DNA of 64,000 nt from an uncultured delta proteobacterium (GTDB lineage Bacteria > Desulfobacterota > Syntrophobacteria > Syntrophobacterales > Syntrophobacteraceae). The notes under the pieces are model-generated. The model did no database searches. It worked only from the letters and a program-made list of their open reading frames with translations, and was not told where the DNA came from. Of the stretch, positions 1 to 9,360 are shown in pieces. The position numbers and the translations under genes were made by a program. The DNA lies in the NCBI GenBank assembly GCA_963808625.1, contig CAWEHK010000019.1, positions 1-64,000 on the forward strand, given 5' to 3'. Within the stretch, counting starts at the first letter, position 1. The number at the start of each line of letters is the position of its first letter.

Positions 1-205
1 ATAGGGAATTTCAGACTCAACTTGGATCGCAAGCTCTCCGCTCTTCCTCGTCCATGCCGGTGATAGCGACGATCACCGCTCCTCGAAAAACCTTAGCTAC
101 CCTGCCAATCAGGACCCGTGTAATAAATGCCGCGTTCCCAGCTTGCGGGAGGCTGTTCGAGTGGCCGAAACGATGTGATCGCGAGCCAGCGGTGCTTGAC
201 GGAAA

Positions 206-484
206 TCAGGAAAGATAGCTTGCCAAGGCCTTCATGGCCTTCGCAATATCATCCATCGCCTCGTGCATTCCTTCGCTATAAGAACCGCTCTCTGGTGTTC
301 CCTCGTTCCCGATCTTGTCGTGAACCTCAGACTTGAGTTTTTTCAAGCTTTCAGCATGTTGTTCCAGGTGGAGCCGTCGCTCTTCATCCATATATTCGAT
401 GACCTCGGGATCAATTTGCTTGAGGAGGTCATCGGCCTCAGCCAGTATCTGTTCGATATCTTCGTATTTGAAAGTCTCTTGCAT
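206..484 (-). CDS. Small acidic helical hypothetical protein (92 aa)
   Basis: Clean ORF with protein-like helical composition (EQILAEADDLLKQID...EAMDDIAKAMKALASYLS); no family recognised. Confidence 0.6.
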   Translation of the reverse strand: MQETFKYEDIEQILAEADDLLKQIDPEVIEYMDEERRLHLEQHAESLKKLKSEVHDKIGNEGTPESGSYSEGMHEAMDDIAKAMKALASYLS

Positions 485-679
485 GATGTTGCCTTTCTGC
501 CGGATTACCGGCTCTCGTTTAAGGAAAATTAAAGACCAGAGAGAGGCCCATCAGGAAACCACATGAATAGGTTTCGTTCGGTTCATGCCGAAAGCCTCTG
601 GTCCAAGCCTGTTGTAATCAGATCTATCAAGATCTATGCCGAGCAGATCCGTGATCCGACTCATTCCATATTGTGGAGG

Positions 680-1228
680 TATAATTGAACACAACTATGG
701 CCTCGGCAAACAATACCTGAGCATGGTCTTTGTAAGAATGATGATGCTGGCTTTCCTGGTCGACCAGACTCAGCAGTTGTGCTGCACCCTGTTTCAAGCT
801 GTATCGAAGGTCAGTGCGAAGAAGCTCGAAGTTGAGGGGGAAATACTTCTCTACTGTGAGAGCAGCGGAAGGGCAAGAAAAGAGGAAGCCATGAAAACCC
901 TTTTTCAAAAGAGATTTGAAGGAGGGCTCCAGACCATCGCCGAATCCCTGACCAAAAAGAGAGGAATCAAGGATTACGGAAAAGTGTTGCAGCGCATAGG
1001 ACGGCTTCGACAGAGATTCCCTTCCGTTTCACAATTCTATGAGATAACGGTGGAGCACGAGGGAGAGATCGCAATGACCGTCAAGCGGTCTGTCAAGGAA
1101 GAGGATAAGCTGGCTTTCAGATTCTCCGGCGCCTATTTGATCCGAACCGACCGAACAGATCTTGACGAAAAGGGAATCTGGTCACTTTACATGATGCTCA
1201 CCCAGGTGGAGGATGCCTTCCGATCTCT
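680..1228 (+). pseudogene. Chimeric transposase remnant: C-terminal piece of one DDE transposase joined to an IS1634-like fragment, truncated by a MITE
   Basis: EHNYGLGKQYLSMVFVRMMMLAFLVDQTQQLCC resembles a transposase C-terminus. LYCESSGRARKE...RIGRLRQRFP...GAYLIRTDR...IWSLYMMLTQVEDAFRSL is IS1634-like and breaks right after EDAFRSL, where a repeat begins (1229). Confidence 0.7.
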
Positions 1229-1317
1229 CCCAGAGAAGTTGCCCACCCTGGATTCCCGCCAGAAACACGCGGGTTGGCCGTCTCGAATTCGGACACTTAT
1301 TTATGCGGAGGTGTACT
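1229..1317. repeat. Right half of the MITE seen in full at 28866-29019
   Basis: ccagagaagttgcccaccctggattcccgccagaaacacgcggg...ttcggacacttatttatgcggaggtgtact is near-identical to 28932-29019. Confidence 0.85.
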
Positions 1318-1356
1318 GAGTAATCGTTCCGAAGGAGGCTGACAAAGCACCAGGGG

Positions 1357-1932
1357 TCAGTTGAGTCGTGCCGGCTGCCATGGCGGAAGCAGATCTTGAG
1401 TGATGTGAAACTGTTCGATAATGCGCGCGACAACGAAACGCACCAGGTCGTCCACCGCCCGCGGCTGGTGGTAAAAGCCCGGCATGGCGGGCAGGATGAT
1501 GCCTCCGGCCTGGGAAAGCCGCAGCATGTTTTGAAGGTGAATGGCGTTTAGGGGAGTTTCTCGCGGGACGAGTACGAGGCGTCGGCGCTCCTTCAGGCAA
1601 ACGTCGGCAGCTCGGTGGATGAGGTTCTGGGAAATGCCATTGGCGATGGCCGCAAGGGTCCCCATCGAACACGGGACGATGACCATCCCTTCGGAAGGGA
1701 AAGACCCACTGGCAAATGGTGCCGTAAAATCAGTGCTGTTATACACAGAAACTTCGCGCGGAAGGTCATCCTCCAGGGGCTTGCCGATTTCCAGATTATA
1801 GACCAGCTTTCCCGCCTGGGATGCAACCAGGTGGATGTGAATATTCTCCTGTGACAGCGTGTGGAGCAGCAAGCGCGCATAAGCGGCCCCACTTGCTCCC
1901 GTGATTGCCACAATCAATTGCTGCTTGCCCAT
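1357..1932 (-). CDS. ubiX: Flavin prenyltransferase UbiX
   Basis: Motifs VAITGASGA, ASGSF, PCSMGTLAAIA, RAADVCLKERR, PRETPL, PAMPGFY. Start set at MGKQQ (1932). Confidence 0.95.
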   Translation of the reverse strand: MGKQQLIVAITGASGAAYARLLLHTLSQENIHIHLVASQAGKLVYNLEIGKPLEDDLPREVSVYNSTDFTAPFASGSFPSEGMVIVPCSMGTLAAIANGISQNLIHRAADVCLKERRRLVLVPRETPLNAIHLQNMLRLSQAGGIILPAMPGFYHQPRAVDDLVRFVVARIIEQFHITQDLLPPWQPARLN

Positions 1933-1986
1933 ATTCCTATATCCCCCAATGTGAATTTCAGCCAACGGATACACCCGCGATTTAAT

Positions 1987-2120
1987 ACTATAACGAGGTT
2001 TCCGAAGGAGGCATTAATTTGTGGGGCAGGCTTTCCAGCCTGCCTTTTGGCCAGGTCGGCATGGCAGGCTGGAAAGCCTGCCCCACACGGTCCGGACCTT
2101 CCTAGAAGTGCCGTTGTAGT
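1987..2120. repeat. 134-bp MITE/REPIN-like element, copy 1
   Basis: Imperfect terminal IRs ACTATAACG...CGTTGTAGT around the palindrome GTGGGGCAGGCTTTCCAGCCTGCC...GGCAGGCTGGAAAGCCTGCCCCAC. Second copy at 40727-40860. Confidence 0.85.
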
Positions 2121-2200
2121 GTTGGGTGCGATCATATCAAGGTCGCGGCAACGTGTCGCTCCTGCAGAAAGCAGATTCCTAACCTTGACGAGTATTGGTC

Positions 2201-3067
2201 TCATGCGACGCAAGCCAGCGAGGAAAAGCTTTGCAGCGTGGGAACCCGGCTGATTTCTGAGAGGCCGACAAGGTGTTGATAAAATTGCTCCATTCCCAGC
2301 GTCTCGTCCCTGTTCAAGTCATAATTCAGACAACGGTAATAATCCTGCAGTTGTGGCAAATTGAGGATGCCCTCCTTGAGCGCTTGGCAACAAATCTCAT
2401 CCAGGTGGGTTCGGCCCCATTCCTTGGCCGATGACAGAGATTCCAGGGCTTCCTCCAAGGCACCGTTCCAGCGTTCGAGGGCCTGCCGTTGCATGACCCA
2501 GAGGGCAAACACAAAAGGCAGCCCCGTCCAGGCGTGCCAGGCTTCACCAAGGTCCCACCGATACGGATAGCGGGGATGTTCACGCAACCGCAGGGCTTCG
2601 TCACCAATGACCAGCATGGCGACGGGCGGCTCTCCGGCAGCGAGAGCTTCCGTGCAGTTGCCATGCCGGAAGGCGGCAGTCATTCCCAGCTTTGTGGTAA
2701 GAAGGATCCTGAGCAATGCCACCGAGGTATGAGATTGCGAACTTACCAGGATCGTCTGCCCGGAGAGTTGCTCCACCGGCGTCTGACTCAGGAGCAGCAC
2801 GCTCCGCACAGCGCCCCGGCAACTGATGGAGAGGTCCGGCAGAACCAGATAGCGCTCCGGGTGGCGGGCATATTCGATGGAGGAGACCACGCTCAGTTCC
2901 AGTTCACCCTGAGCCATCAACCGGTTCAAGTGAGCGGGTACTCCCGAGACAATGGTGAAAGGATGAGAAACAATGCCTGCCTCCAGCGGATAATATATGG
3001 GCAGGACATTCAGATAGCCGATCTTTCCTAATCGCAACCGTGCGCTCGATGATGCGCCCATCGCCAT
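2201..3067 (-). CDS. mqnA: Chorismate dehydratase MqnA (futalosine pathway)
   Basis: Motifs GKIGYLNVLP, GAVRSVLL, SHTSVALL, LVIGDEAL, DLGEAW...TGLPFVFALW; GAGGAG RBS; mqn context. Confidence 0.92.
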   Translation of the reverse strand: MAMGASSSARLRLGKIGYLNVLPIYYPLEAGIVSHPFTIVSGVPAHLNRLMAQGELELSVVSSIEYARHPERYLVLPDLSISCRGAVRSVLLLSQTPVEQLSGQTILVSSQSHTSVALLRILLTTKLGMTAAFRHGNCTEALAAGEPPVAMLVIGDEALRLREHPRYPYRWDLGEAWHAWTGLPFVFALWVMQRQALERWNGALEEALESLSSAKEWGRTHLDEICCQALKEGILNLPQLQDYYRCLNYDLNRDETLGMEQFYQHLVGLSEISRVPTLQSFSSLACVA

Positions 3068-4497
3068 GCTCCTCTGTTTCCCTGGTGGATGATCGTTTCA
3101 AAAAGTTGGTCAATAGGAACTGCATCCGGCAGAGAGACCGCCAGAAGATTTGCTCGTTTTCCTGCCTCGATACTTCCAAACTGCCGCTCTTGCCCAAGAG
3201 CCCTGGCGCCGCCGCAGGTGATCATGGAGACGATGGCTTCCGGAGACACGTCAGCATAATTGTCCGGGACATAAGCCGCCTCGGCAAAGAGGCTGAGATC
3301 GGTATTGCTGGCAAGGCTGTCCGTCCCCAGGGCCGCAACCACACCGTAGCGCAGGGCCTTTGCAAGGTCAGGCCGGCCGACGTTCAGGTTCCGGTTGCTG
3401 CGCGGACAGAAGCAGACAGAGCTCTGCTTTCCGGCCACTATTTCCCAATCCGCGTCGCTTAGATGCACGGCATGAACGAGAAGGGTCTGGGCGTCCAACA
3501 CCTGGAGCCGGTCCAAATATCGAACAGGAGTTGTTCCCGGCGGAGTCCAGTCGGGCACCCAGCGGCCGAGGTTTTCAAGAAGTTCCCGGCAGAACCCCGT
3601 ACCGCCCTCCAAAAACTCGATTTCCTCCTGATGTTCCGCAACATGGATACTGAATGGAAGGCGCCTTGTGCGGCACCATTCCTTGGCTTCACGGATGATC
3701 GTTCCGGACGTGGAATAGCAGGCATGGGCTGCGAGGCTGGGCGCTAAGCCGTTTGTGGTTGACGCCCTCAGCGCCGGCTCAACATCAGGTGCCAGGGATT
3801 CAACAAGGCTTTTCCCGTCAAATCCCAGCACTTCCAGAAAGGCCTGCCTGGTGAGAAGGAAGTGCTGAGTGCTGAGTGCTGAGTGCTGGGAGCTGAGTGC
3901 TGAGTGATGAGTGATGGGTGCGGGGGAGTGCTGAGTGCTGGGTGCTGAGTGCTGAGGGAAGACCTCGGCAGTTTGCTCTCTGTGTTCATTGGTGGCATCA
4001 GCCACCGGATTGTGACCAGTGTCATCGGCTTTCAGGCCGATCCCATTGGTGATATCTCCGCAGAGACAGCAGCCGCCGGCAAGCAACTGCCGTTGCCCGT
4101 CGCGCAGCCATTCCCGCTGCAATTCCGGAGTCATGAAAGAGCGCAGCGCAAGGACCTGCTCCAGCCATGGCGAAAAGCCCTCTTGCGGCAAAGCGATTCG
4201 TCCCGCGAGGCCGGACAATTCCAGGTGGGTGTGAGCGTTGACCAGGCCGGGCATAATGGCCGCCGAGCCGTGGTCCACCCGCTCCGTGCCCGGGGGGCTG
4301 ACAGCCTCGATGTCAGCGTGCGAGCCAACAGCCAGAATTCGCCTGCCCCATAACAACACGGCCCCATCCGGAATGGGCGGCGAAGTGACGGGGACCAGCC
4401 ATTCCGCCCGATGGAGAATGGGGACCTCCCATCCCCCCCGCACCTGGCTCTGGCTCTTCGGCAAACTCACCCCCTGTGCGGAGACCCTGCTACCCAC
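3028..4497 (-). CDS. Amidohydrolase, probable aminodeoxyfutalosine deaminase
   Basis: Metal-binding motifs PGLVNAHTHLE, IHVAEH, LVHAVH, LGTDS; lies between mqnC and mqnA. True start may be near 4425. Contains a repeat-derived insert. Confidence 0.8.
   Translation of the reverse strand: MGSRVSAQGVSLPKSQSQVRGGWEVPILHRAEWLVPVTSPPIPDGAVLLWGRRILAVGSHADIEAVSPPGTERVDHGSAAIMPGLVNAHTHLELSGLAGRIALPQEGFSPWLEQVLALRSFMTPELQREWLRDGQRQLLAGGCCLCGDITNGIGLKADDTGHNPVADATNEHREQTAEVFPQHSAPSTQHSPAPITHHSALSSQHSALSTQHFLLTRQAFLEVLGFDGKSLVESLAPDVEPALRASTTNGLAPSLAAHACYSTSGTIIREAKEWCRTRRLPFSIHVAEHQEEIEFLEGGTGFCRELLENLGRWVPDWTPPGTTPVRYLDRLQVLDAQTLLVHAVHLSDADWEIVAGKQSSVCFCPRSNRNLNVGRPDLAKALRYGVVAALGTDSLASNTDLSLFAEAAYVPDNYADVSPEAIVSMITCGGARALGQERQFGSIEAGKRANLLAVSLPDAVPIDQLFETIIHQGNRGAWRWAHHRAHGCD
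3861..3956. repeat. Heptamer tandem repeat (AGTGCTG)n inside the amidohydrolase ORF
   Basis: agtgctgagtgctgagtgctgagtgctggg...; translates as QHSAPSTQHS...QHSALSTQH. Confidence 0.9.
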
Positions 4498-5713
4498 TCC
4501 TCATGGCCCCATCCTTGTGTCCCCGTCTCTCCCCATCCCCGTGTCTCCGTGTCTCCCCATCTCCGTGTCTTGCATCTCCGTATCTTCGCGTCGCTTCCTG
4601 ACAAAAGCCATTGCCTGGCGCCACCCATTCGTATGCCATGGTCCTTTGCCCGGCTCGAAATCCGGCATCGTGGATGAGACGGCGGATTTCATTGGCGGAC
4701 AAGCGGAAATGAACACCGGCTGCAGCCACGACATTTTCCTCAATCATGGTCGAGCCAAAATCGTTGGCGCCGAAGTGGAGCGCAAGCTGGGCCACTTTTG
4801 GTCCCATCGTGACCCACGAGGCCTGGATATTATCGAAATTATCCAGGACGATGCGGGAGAGCGCCAGCAGGCGCAGGTAGGCAATGGGTGTTTCCGGGGT
4901 ACGGGCGAGCGCGGTGTTGGTGGGTTGAAACGGCCACGGGATGAAGGCCGTAAAGCCCCCGGTGCGGTCCTGCAAGTCGCGCAGGGCCAACAGGTGTTGG
5001 ATCCGATGGTGAGGTTCCTCTTCATGTCCAAACATCATCGTTGCCGTCGTGCGCATCCCCTGGCGATGAGCCTCTTCCATCACCTGCAGCCACGCCTCGG
5101 CCGTGCATTTATTGGGAGAGACGCGGTTTCTCACCGATTCGACCAGAATTTCGGCGCCTCCCCCCGGGATGGAATCGAGCCCAGCCGCCCGCAGGCGCGC
5201 TATCACCGCCGCCAGGCTGATCTTTTCCAGCTTGGCAAAATGCACGATTTCGGGCGGCGAAAAGGCATGGATATGGATGGCAAATCGGCTCTTGATAGAG
5301 CTCAGCAGTTCCTCATAAAAAGCGAGGGGGAGATCAGGATGATGGCCGCCCTGCATGAGGATCTGGGTCCCGCCAAGCCGCAACGTTTCCTCGATCTTTC
5401 GGGTCAGCTCTTCCCTGGTCAGGACATAGGCCTCCGGATGCCCGGGTGGCCGATAAAAGGCGCAGAACCGGCAGCCGCAAACGCAAACATTGGAATAATT
5501 GATGTTCCTGTCTACGACATAGCTGACAAGCGGCTCGGGATGTTTTTCGAACCGAACCTCTTGCGCCAGCCCGCCAAGGTGATGGAAATCGGCCTTCTGG
5601 TAAAGTCCCATGGCCTCATCGAGGGCGAGCCGCGCTCGCGAGTGGATCTTGCTGATGATGGTTGCTATAGCGTATTTCACATGACTTGATATCACGATTT
5701 TTTCAAAAATCAT
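4490..5713 (-). CDS. mqnC: Cyclic dehypoxanthinyl futalosine synthase MqnC (radical SAM); native start displaced by IS630
   Basis: Motifs DRNINYSNVCVCGCRFCAF, LMQGGHHP, SIPGGGAEIL, TATMMFG, FIPWPFQP, NIQASWVTMG, GANDFGSTMIEENVV. The first 15-16 codons derive from the IS end; the native ATG is at 7118. Confidence 0.92.
   Translation of the reverse strand: MIFEKIVISSHVKYAIATIISKIHSRARLALDEAMGLYQKADFHHLGGLAQEVRFEKHPEPLVSYVVDRNINYSNVCVCGCRFCAFYRPPGHPEAYVLTREELTRKIEETLRLGGTQILMQGGHHPDLPLAFYEELLSSIKSRFAIHIHAFSPPEIVHFAKLEKISLAAVIARLRAAGLDSIPGGGAEILVESVRNRVSPNKCTAEAWLQVMEEAHRQGMRTTATMMFGHEEEPHHRIQHLLALRDLQDRTGGFTAFIPWPFQPTNTALARTPETPIAYLRLLALSRIVLDNFDNIQASWVTMGPKVAQLALHFGANDFGSTMIEENVVAAAGVHFRLSANEIRRLIHDAGFRAGQRTMAYEWVAPGNGFCQEATRRYGDARHGDGETRRHGDGERRGHKDGAMRSG
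4505..4588. repeat. Octamer-type tandem repeat (CTCCGTGT/CCCCATCT-like) at the 3' end of mqnC
   Basis: ccccgtctctccccatccccgtgtctccgtgtctccccatctccgtgtct; encodes the RRHGDGE tail of the mqnC ORF. Confidence 0.8.
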
Positions 5714-7109
5714 CTTCTTTGCTCAAGAGATTCATGTCTATGCCTTGATTTTCATCAATTTGGCCATCTTCTTCCCAATACTTGTCTTCTTCAGCCACGA
5801 TCTTCGCAACCAGTTTTCGGCATGTTTCTGATGTGACTTGCGAAAAGGCCAACGGTAAATTATCGCGGAATTGTTGAAGAGTAAAATCACAATGCTGGGC
5901 CATGTAATTCTTTACAATTCCCCAACACATTTCAATAGGCTGAAGTTCAGGGTGGTATTGTGGTGTTCTCAAGATTGAATGTCCTGCGGCTTCTGCTATC
6001 TTGTCGATCTTGTAGTCGGGCTTTGGCTCATAAGATTTACACAGAGTATATAGCTCTGCTTTCAGCAAATCTTGTCCCCATGGTATTTGTTTGTCATCCA
6101 ACCACTTTCTCAAATATTCTTTACTGGAGTTAGATTTTGGAAACGAAGTTTCTTCGGTTGCATTATGATAGCTGGCATTATCCATGATAATAATAGAACG
6201 TTCTGGAATATTCCGAATCAACTGCTCCTCAAACCATCTCGAAAAGTTGCCATAATCCATTTGGCCATGATAATCGCCAGTCCTTTTCTTTGCCTCAAAT
6301 ATCAATCTTGCATTACCAACCCACCCTTCTACGGTGACTGCATTAACGACGATTAAACGCTCTCCCTTGCCAGCAGGCTTGTTCACTTCCGGACCATCCT
6401 CATCGAAATACCAAGTGAACTGGTTTGAGTGGTTCTTGTTGATGAAGGTTTCATCAAGATATACTTCGGACCGTATCGGCATTCCGTCAGGCTTCCTGTT
6501 CAAACGTTTCTGCCTCAGATACCGTCTTCTTGCAAGGATTACATAATCTCGTTCTTTCAATGCTGATCGGCGTTTTCCCGTCCCATAAGTAAAGCCCCAT
6601 CTGCTCAGTGCTCTCCATAGTGTTGTGGCTGGAAAGGCATAGTCAGGATTGATCTTCGCTAAATGCTCGCGTACAAGCTCAACGGATACGTGCTGACCCT
6701 TAAGATTCTGACCACGTATATACTGGCGAACAACAGGCTGCAGGTCATTTGGGATAGTGTATTCCGGCCGGCCTCGTGCTTTAGGCAAATCAGTTGGAAC
6801 AGTCTGTTGGTTCTTATTGTACTCAGCCATTATTCGGCGAACCGTGGCTTCTCCGATACCTACCGCCTTCGCTGTTTGCTGTATGGCCCATTCAGCTTTC
6901 AAATTGTTCTGACATTTTTCGATATCAAAGTATTGCTTCAAATTGACAACCAGCTGTTTCATTCCAAAAGTGAATACTTTTCCTTGGAATGCCATTGGCT
7001 CGACCCCAAATAGAATAAAAACAGGGAACAACTCCATTCTACATGGAATCTATGAACCACTGCAATATGGTTGTCAAGCATAAAATATCAAGTCATATGA
7101 AAAAGTCTA
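5668..7109 (-). mobile_element. Complete IS630/Tc1-mariner family insertion sequence
   Basis: Imperfect terminal IRs TAGCGTATTTCACATGACTTGATAT (5668-5692) and ATATCAAGTCATATGAAAAAGTCTA (7085-7109); TA duplication at 5666-5667 and 7110-7111; AT-rich interior. Confidence 0.92.
5703..6995 (-). CDS. IS630-family DDE transposase
   Basis: N-terminal HTH (TAKAVGIGEATVRRI); catalytic motifs YLDET, IIMDNASYH, PQYHPELQPIEMCW; uninterrupted ORF. Confidence 0.93.
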   Translation of the reverse strand: MAFQGKVFTFGMKQLVVNLKQYFDIEKCQNNLKAEWAIQQTAKAVGIGEATVRRIMAEYNKNQQTVPTDLPKARGRPEYTIPNDLQPVVRQYIRGQNLKGQHVSVELVREHLAKINPDYAFPATTLWRALSRWGFTYGTGKRRSALKERDYVILARRRYLRQKRLNRKPDGMPIRSEVYLDETFINKNHSNQFTWYFDEDGPEVNKPAGKGERLIVVNAVTVEGWVGNARLIFEAKKRTGDYHGQMDYGNFSRWFEEQLIRNIPERSIIIMDNASYHNATEETSFPKSNSSKEYLRKWLDDKQIPWGQDLLKAELYTLCKSYEPKPDYKIDKIAEAAGHSILRTPQYHPELQPIEMCWGIVKNYMAQHCDFTLQQFRDNLPLAFSQVTSETCRKLVAKIVAEEDKYWEEDGQIDENQGIDMNLLSKEDDF

Positions 7110-7191
7110 TAGTGCCATAAGCGTCTAAGCTGCGTTGCGCCTCAATAGTTCTGAGAAAAGGAATCTGCTTTTTTGCTTCCACTGTCGTTTT

Positions 7192-7254
7192 CGTCATTCC
7201 GGCGGGAGCCAGAATCCAGAAAGACACTGGATGCCGGTGTTCACCGGCATGACG
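7192..7254. repeat. Palindromic REP-like element (GTCATTCC...ATCCAG...CTGGAT...ATGAC family)
   Basis: cgtcattccggcgggagccagaatccag...ctggatgccggtgttcaccggcatgacg; relatives at 28903, 31630, 44058, 56785 and 57550. Confidence 0.8.
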
Positions 7255-7290
7255 GGGTTGCTCCCCGACACTCATTGTTGTGTTGTTGTG

Positions 7291-7422
7291 CTTGAAAACT
7301 GTCGAAAAACAACCTGCATTCATTCCACCCCTTTTTTGAATCACGAAGAACACGAAGATCACGAAGAAACTGCTTCGTGCTCTTCGTGGTAAAAGAAGGC
7401 CTTTTATTTTTGGATGTCCCCT
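7291..7422. repeat. About 130-bp MITE-like element with CACGAAGAA nonamer repeats
   Basis: Aligns by eye with 40588-40722 (GTCSAAAAAC...cacgaa repeats...ggtaaaagaaggcc...ttttttgg..cccct). Confidence 0.75.
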
Positions 7423-8519
7423 CAGGCGCCATTGACCCGCTCGAAAAACGAGTTGCGCTCAACGGGTTCGAATCCTCCTTCGCGGATAATCCGCTCCAGT
7501 TCCGAGCGGGTCAGCGCCTGTTCGGACTGGGCCCCAGCCATGTGGCCGATCTTTTCTTCGATCACCGTGCCGTCGAAGTCGTCCGCCCCAAAGCAGAGGG
7601 CGATCTGGGCAAGCTTCACGGTGAGCATGATCCAGTAGGCCTTGATGTGGGGAAAATTGTCGAGCATGAGGCGGCTCACCGCGATTGTTTTGAGATCGGC
7701 GATGCCGGTTGTGGACTCGATCCCGCTAAGACCGCTGTTTGCCGTCTGAAAGGGAGCGGGATAAAGCACTGGAACCCCCCGGTCTCATCCTGGAGCTCAC
7801 GCAGGGCACCAGGTGTTCGAGGCGTTCCTCGACGGTTTCGAGGTGTCCGTAGAGCATGGTGGCATTGGTCCTGAGGCCAAGCTGATGGGCTTCGCGCACG
7901 ATCGTCAGCCAGTCCTGGCCGGAGGTCTTATTCGGGCAGAGCAGGGCGCGCACGCGCGGACTGAAAATTTCCGCGCCGCCACCCGGCAGCATGTCCAGGC
8001 CCGCGGCCCGCAACCGAAGCAGAACGTCTCCTGTACTGAGTCCTTCCTTTTTCGCAAAATGGTCGATTTCCACCGCCGTGAAGGCCTTGATGATAAGGTT
8101 GGGGCGGAGCGCTTTGATCTCCTTAACACCCTTTCGAAGTAGGACAGGCGCAAATCGGGGTGGCAGCCGCCAACGATGTGGACCTCGGTGATGGGGGTGT
8201 GCTTGCGGTCCCTTACCTTTTCCAGGATAGCCTGCAGCGACAATTCAAAGGCGAGCGGATCGCCCGGTTCCTTGCCAAAGGCACAGAAGCGGCAGCCGTT
8301 CACACAAATGTTGGAGTAATTGATATGCTGGTTCATGACATAGTAAGCGGCATTGCTGTGAAGCCGGGCCCGGACTTCATGGGCCAGGGCCCCGACGGCA
8401 ACGATGTCCCGGCAGGCGAAGAGCCTTAATCCATCTTCCACATCCAGGCGCGCACCGGCTTGAACCTTGGAATAGATATCTGCCAGGCTCAGGTTTTGAT
8501 AGCATGCATAATCAAACAT
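7422..8519 (-). CDS. mqnE: Aminofutalosine synthase MqnE (radical SAM), split by two frameshifts
   Basis: Three ORF pieces (7905-8519, 7726-8073, 7422-7769) join into one protein: NYSNICVNGCRFCAF, EVHIVGG, LPGGGAEIF, NATMLYGH, HIKAYWIML, FGADDFDGTVIEEKI. Confidence 0.9.
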
Positions 8520-8531
8520 TTGGTTTCGCTT

Positions 8532-9171
8532 CTATTCCAATTCCCTTTTGGGGAAACTTGATAAATTCCTCCACTTTTGTTCCATCCTGCTTTGAGGGGC
8601 CTGATAGAGGCCCGAACCGGCATCCAGGAAGGAGACGCAATAGGCCTGGAGAAAACGGTCCATGAGCGCGTCAAGGAAAAATACGGTGGTCTCGAGGTCG
8701 AGGTCCGAACGCAGGTCACCTCTGGCTATGCCCGACTCCACGACCGGTCTCAGGTACTCCGATGAAAAAAGATGAATCTGCTGGAGAAACTCGGCGCGCA
8801 GAGGAAAATCCTCCTGGAAAAACATTTTGAGATAAATCTTATAGACCCTGGGATGGTGATCGATGAAAGCGACCCCGGCAATGAGGCTTCGCCGGATGCG
8901 CTCAAAAAAGTCGCTCTCCGCGGTCTCCTGTTTGACCTGGCGAAGAGCGCTGTCGGACCAGTTCCACGGCGTAATGGAAGACGACCTGAAAGAGCCCTTC
9001 CTTGGTCCCGAAGTACTGAAAAATCGAACCCTTCGCAATTCCCAGCCGCTGCACCATCCGGTTGACACTGGCCTGGCGAAAACCGTGGCTGGCGAATTCA
9101 TCGACCGCGGTCTCGAGAATTCGTTCCTGCTTCTCGTTTTCGAGGTTCTTGAAAGTCTGGCGAAGAACCAT
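8532..9171 (-). CDS. TetR/AcrR family transcriptional regulator (one frameshift)
   Basis: TFKNLENEKQERILETAVDEFASHGFRQASVNRMVQRLGIAKGSIFQYFGTKEGLF HTH; C-terminal domain continues in the 8532-9101 frame. Confidence 0.88.
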
Positions 9172-9191
9172 TAGTCTGCCTTATAATCAGC

Positions 9192-9259
9192 ATAATGACC
9201 ACGTGGTCATTATAGAAATGTGGTGGCGAATGTCAATCAAAGAAGTGACCGGGCGGTCA
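9192..9259 (-). promoter_or_regulatory. Sigma70 promoter for the tetR-mqn operon, with two TGACC-N4-GGTCA operators
   Basis: Minus-strand TTGACA (9236-9231), 16-nt spacer, TATAAT (9214-9209). Perfect 22-bp palindrome ATAATGACCACGTGGTCATTAT at 9192-9213; second site TGACCGGGCGGTCA at 9246-9259. Confidence 0.8.
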
Positions 9260-9296
9260 TTGAGGTTGAGGCGCACCAAATTGGACCCCACGCGGT

Positions 9297-9333
9297 TCAT
9301 CAACCATCAACCATCAACCATCAACCATCAACC
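9297..9333. repeat. Heptamer tandem repeat (CCATCAA)n
   Basis: tcatcaaccatcaaccatcaaccatcaaccatcaacc. Confidence 0.9.
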
Positions 9334-9360
9334 AGGTCATAAAATTTGAGGTGTTTCCAG

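Noticed and set aside
4238..5689. Long antisense ORFs (also 14385-15911, 40379-41695, 50124-51668, 55071-56573)
   Set aside because: They are shadows of well-supported genes on the opposite strand and contain no recognisable motifs.
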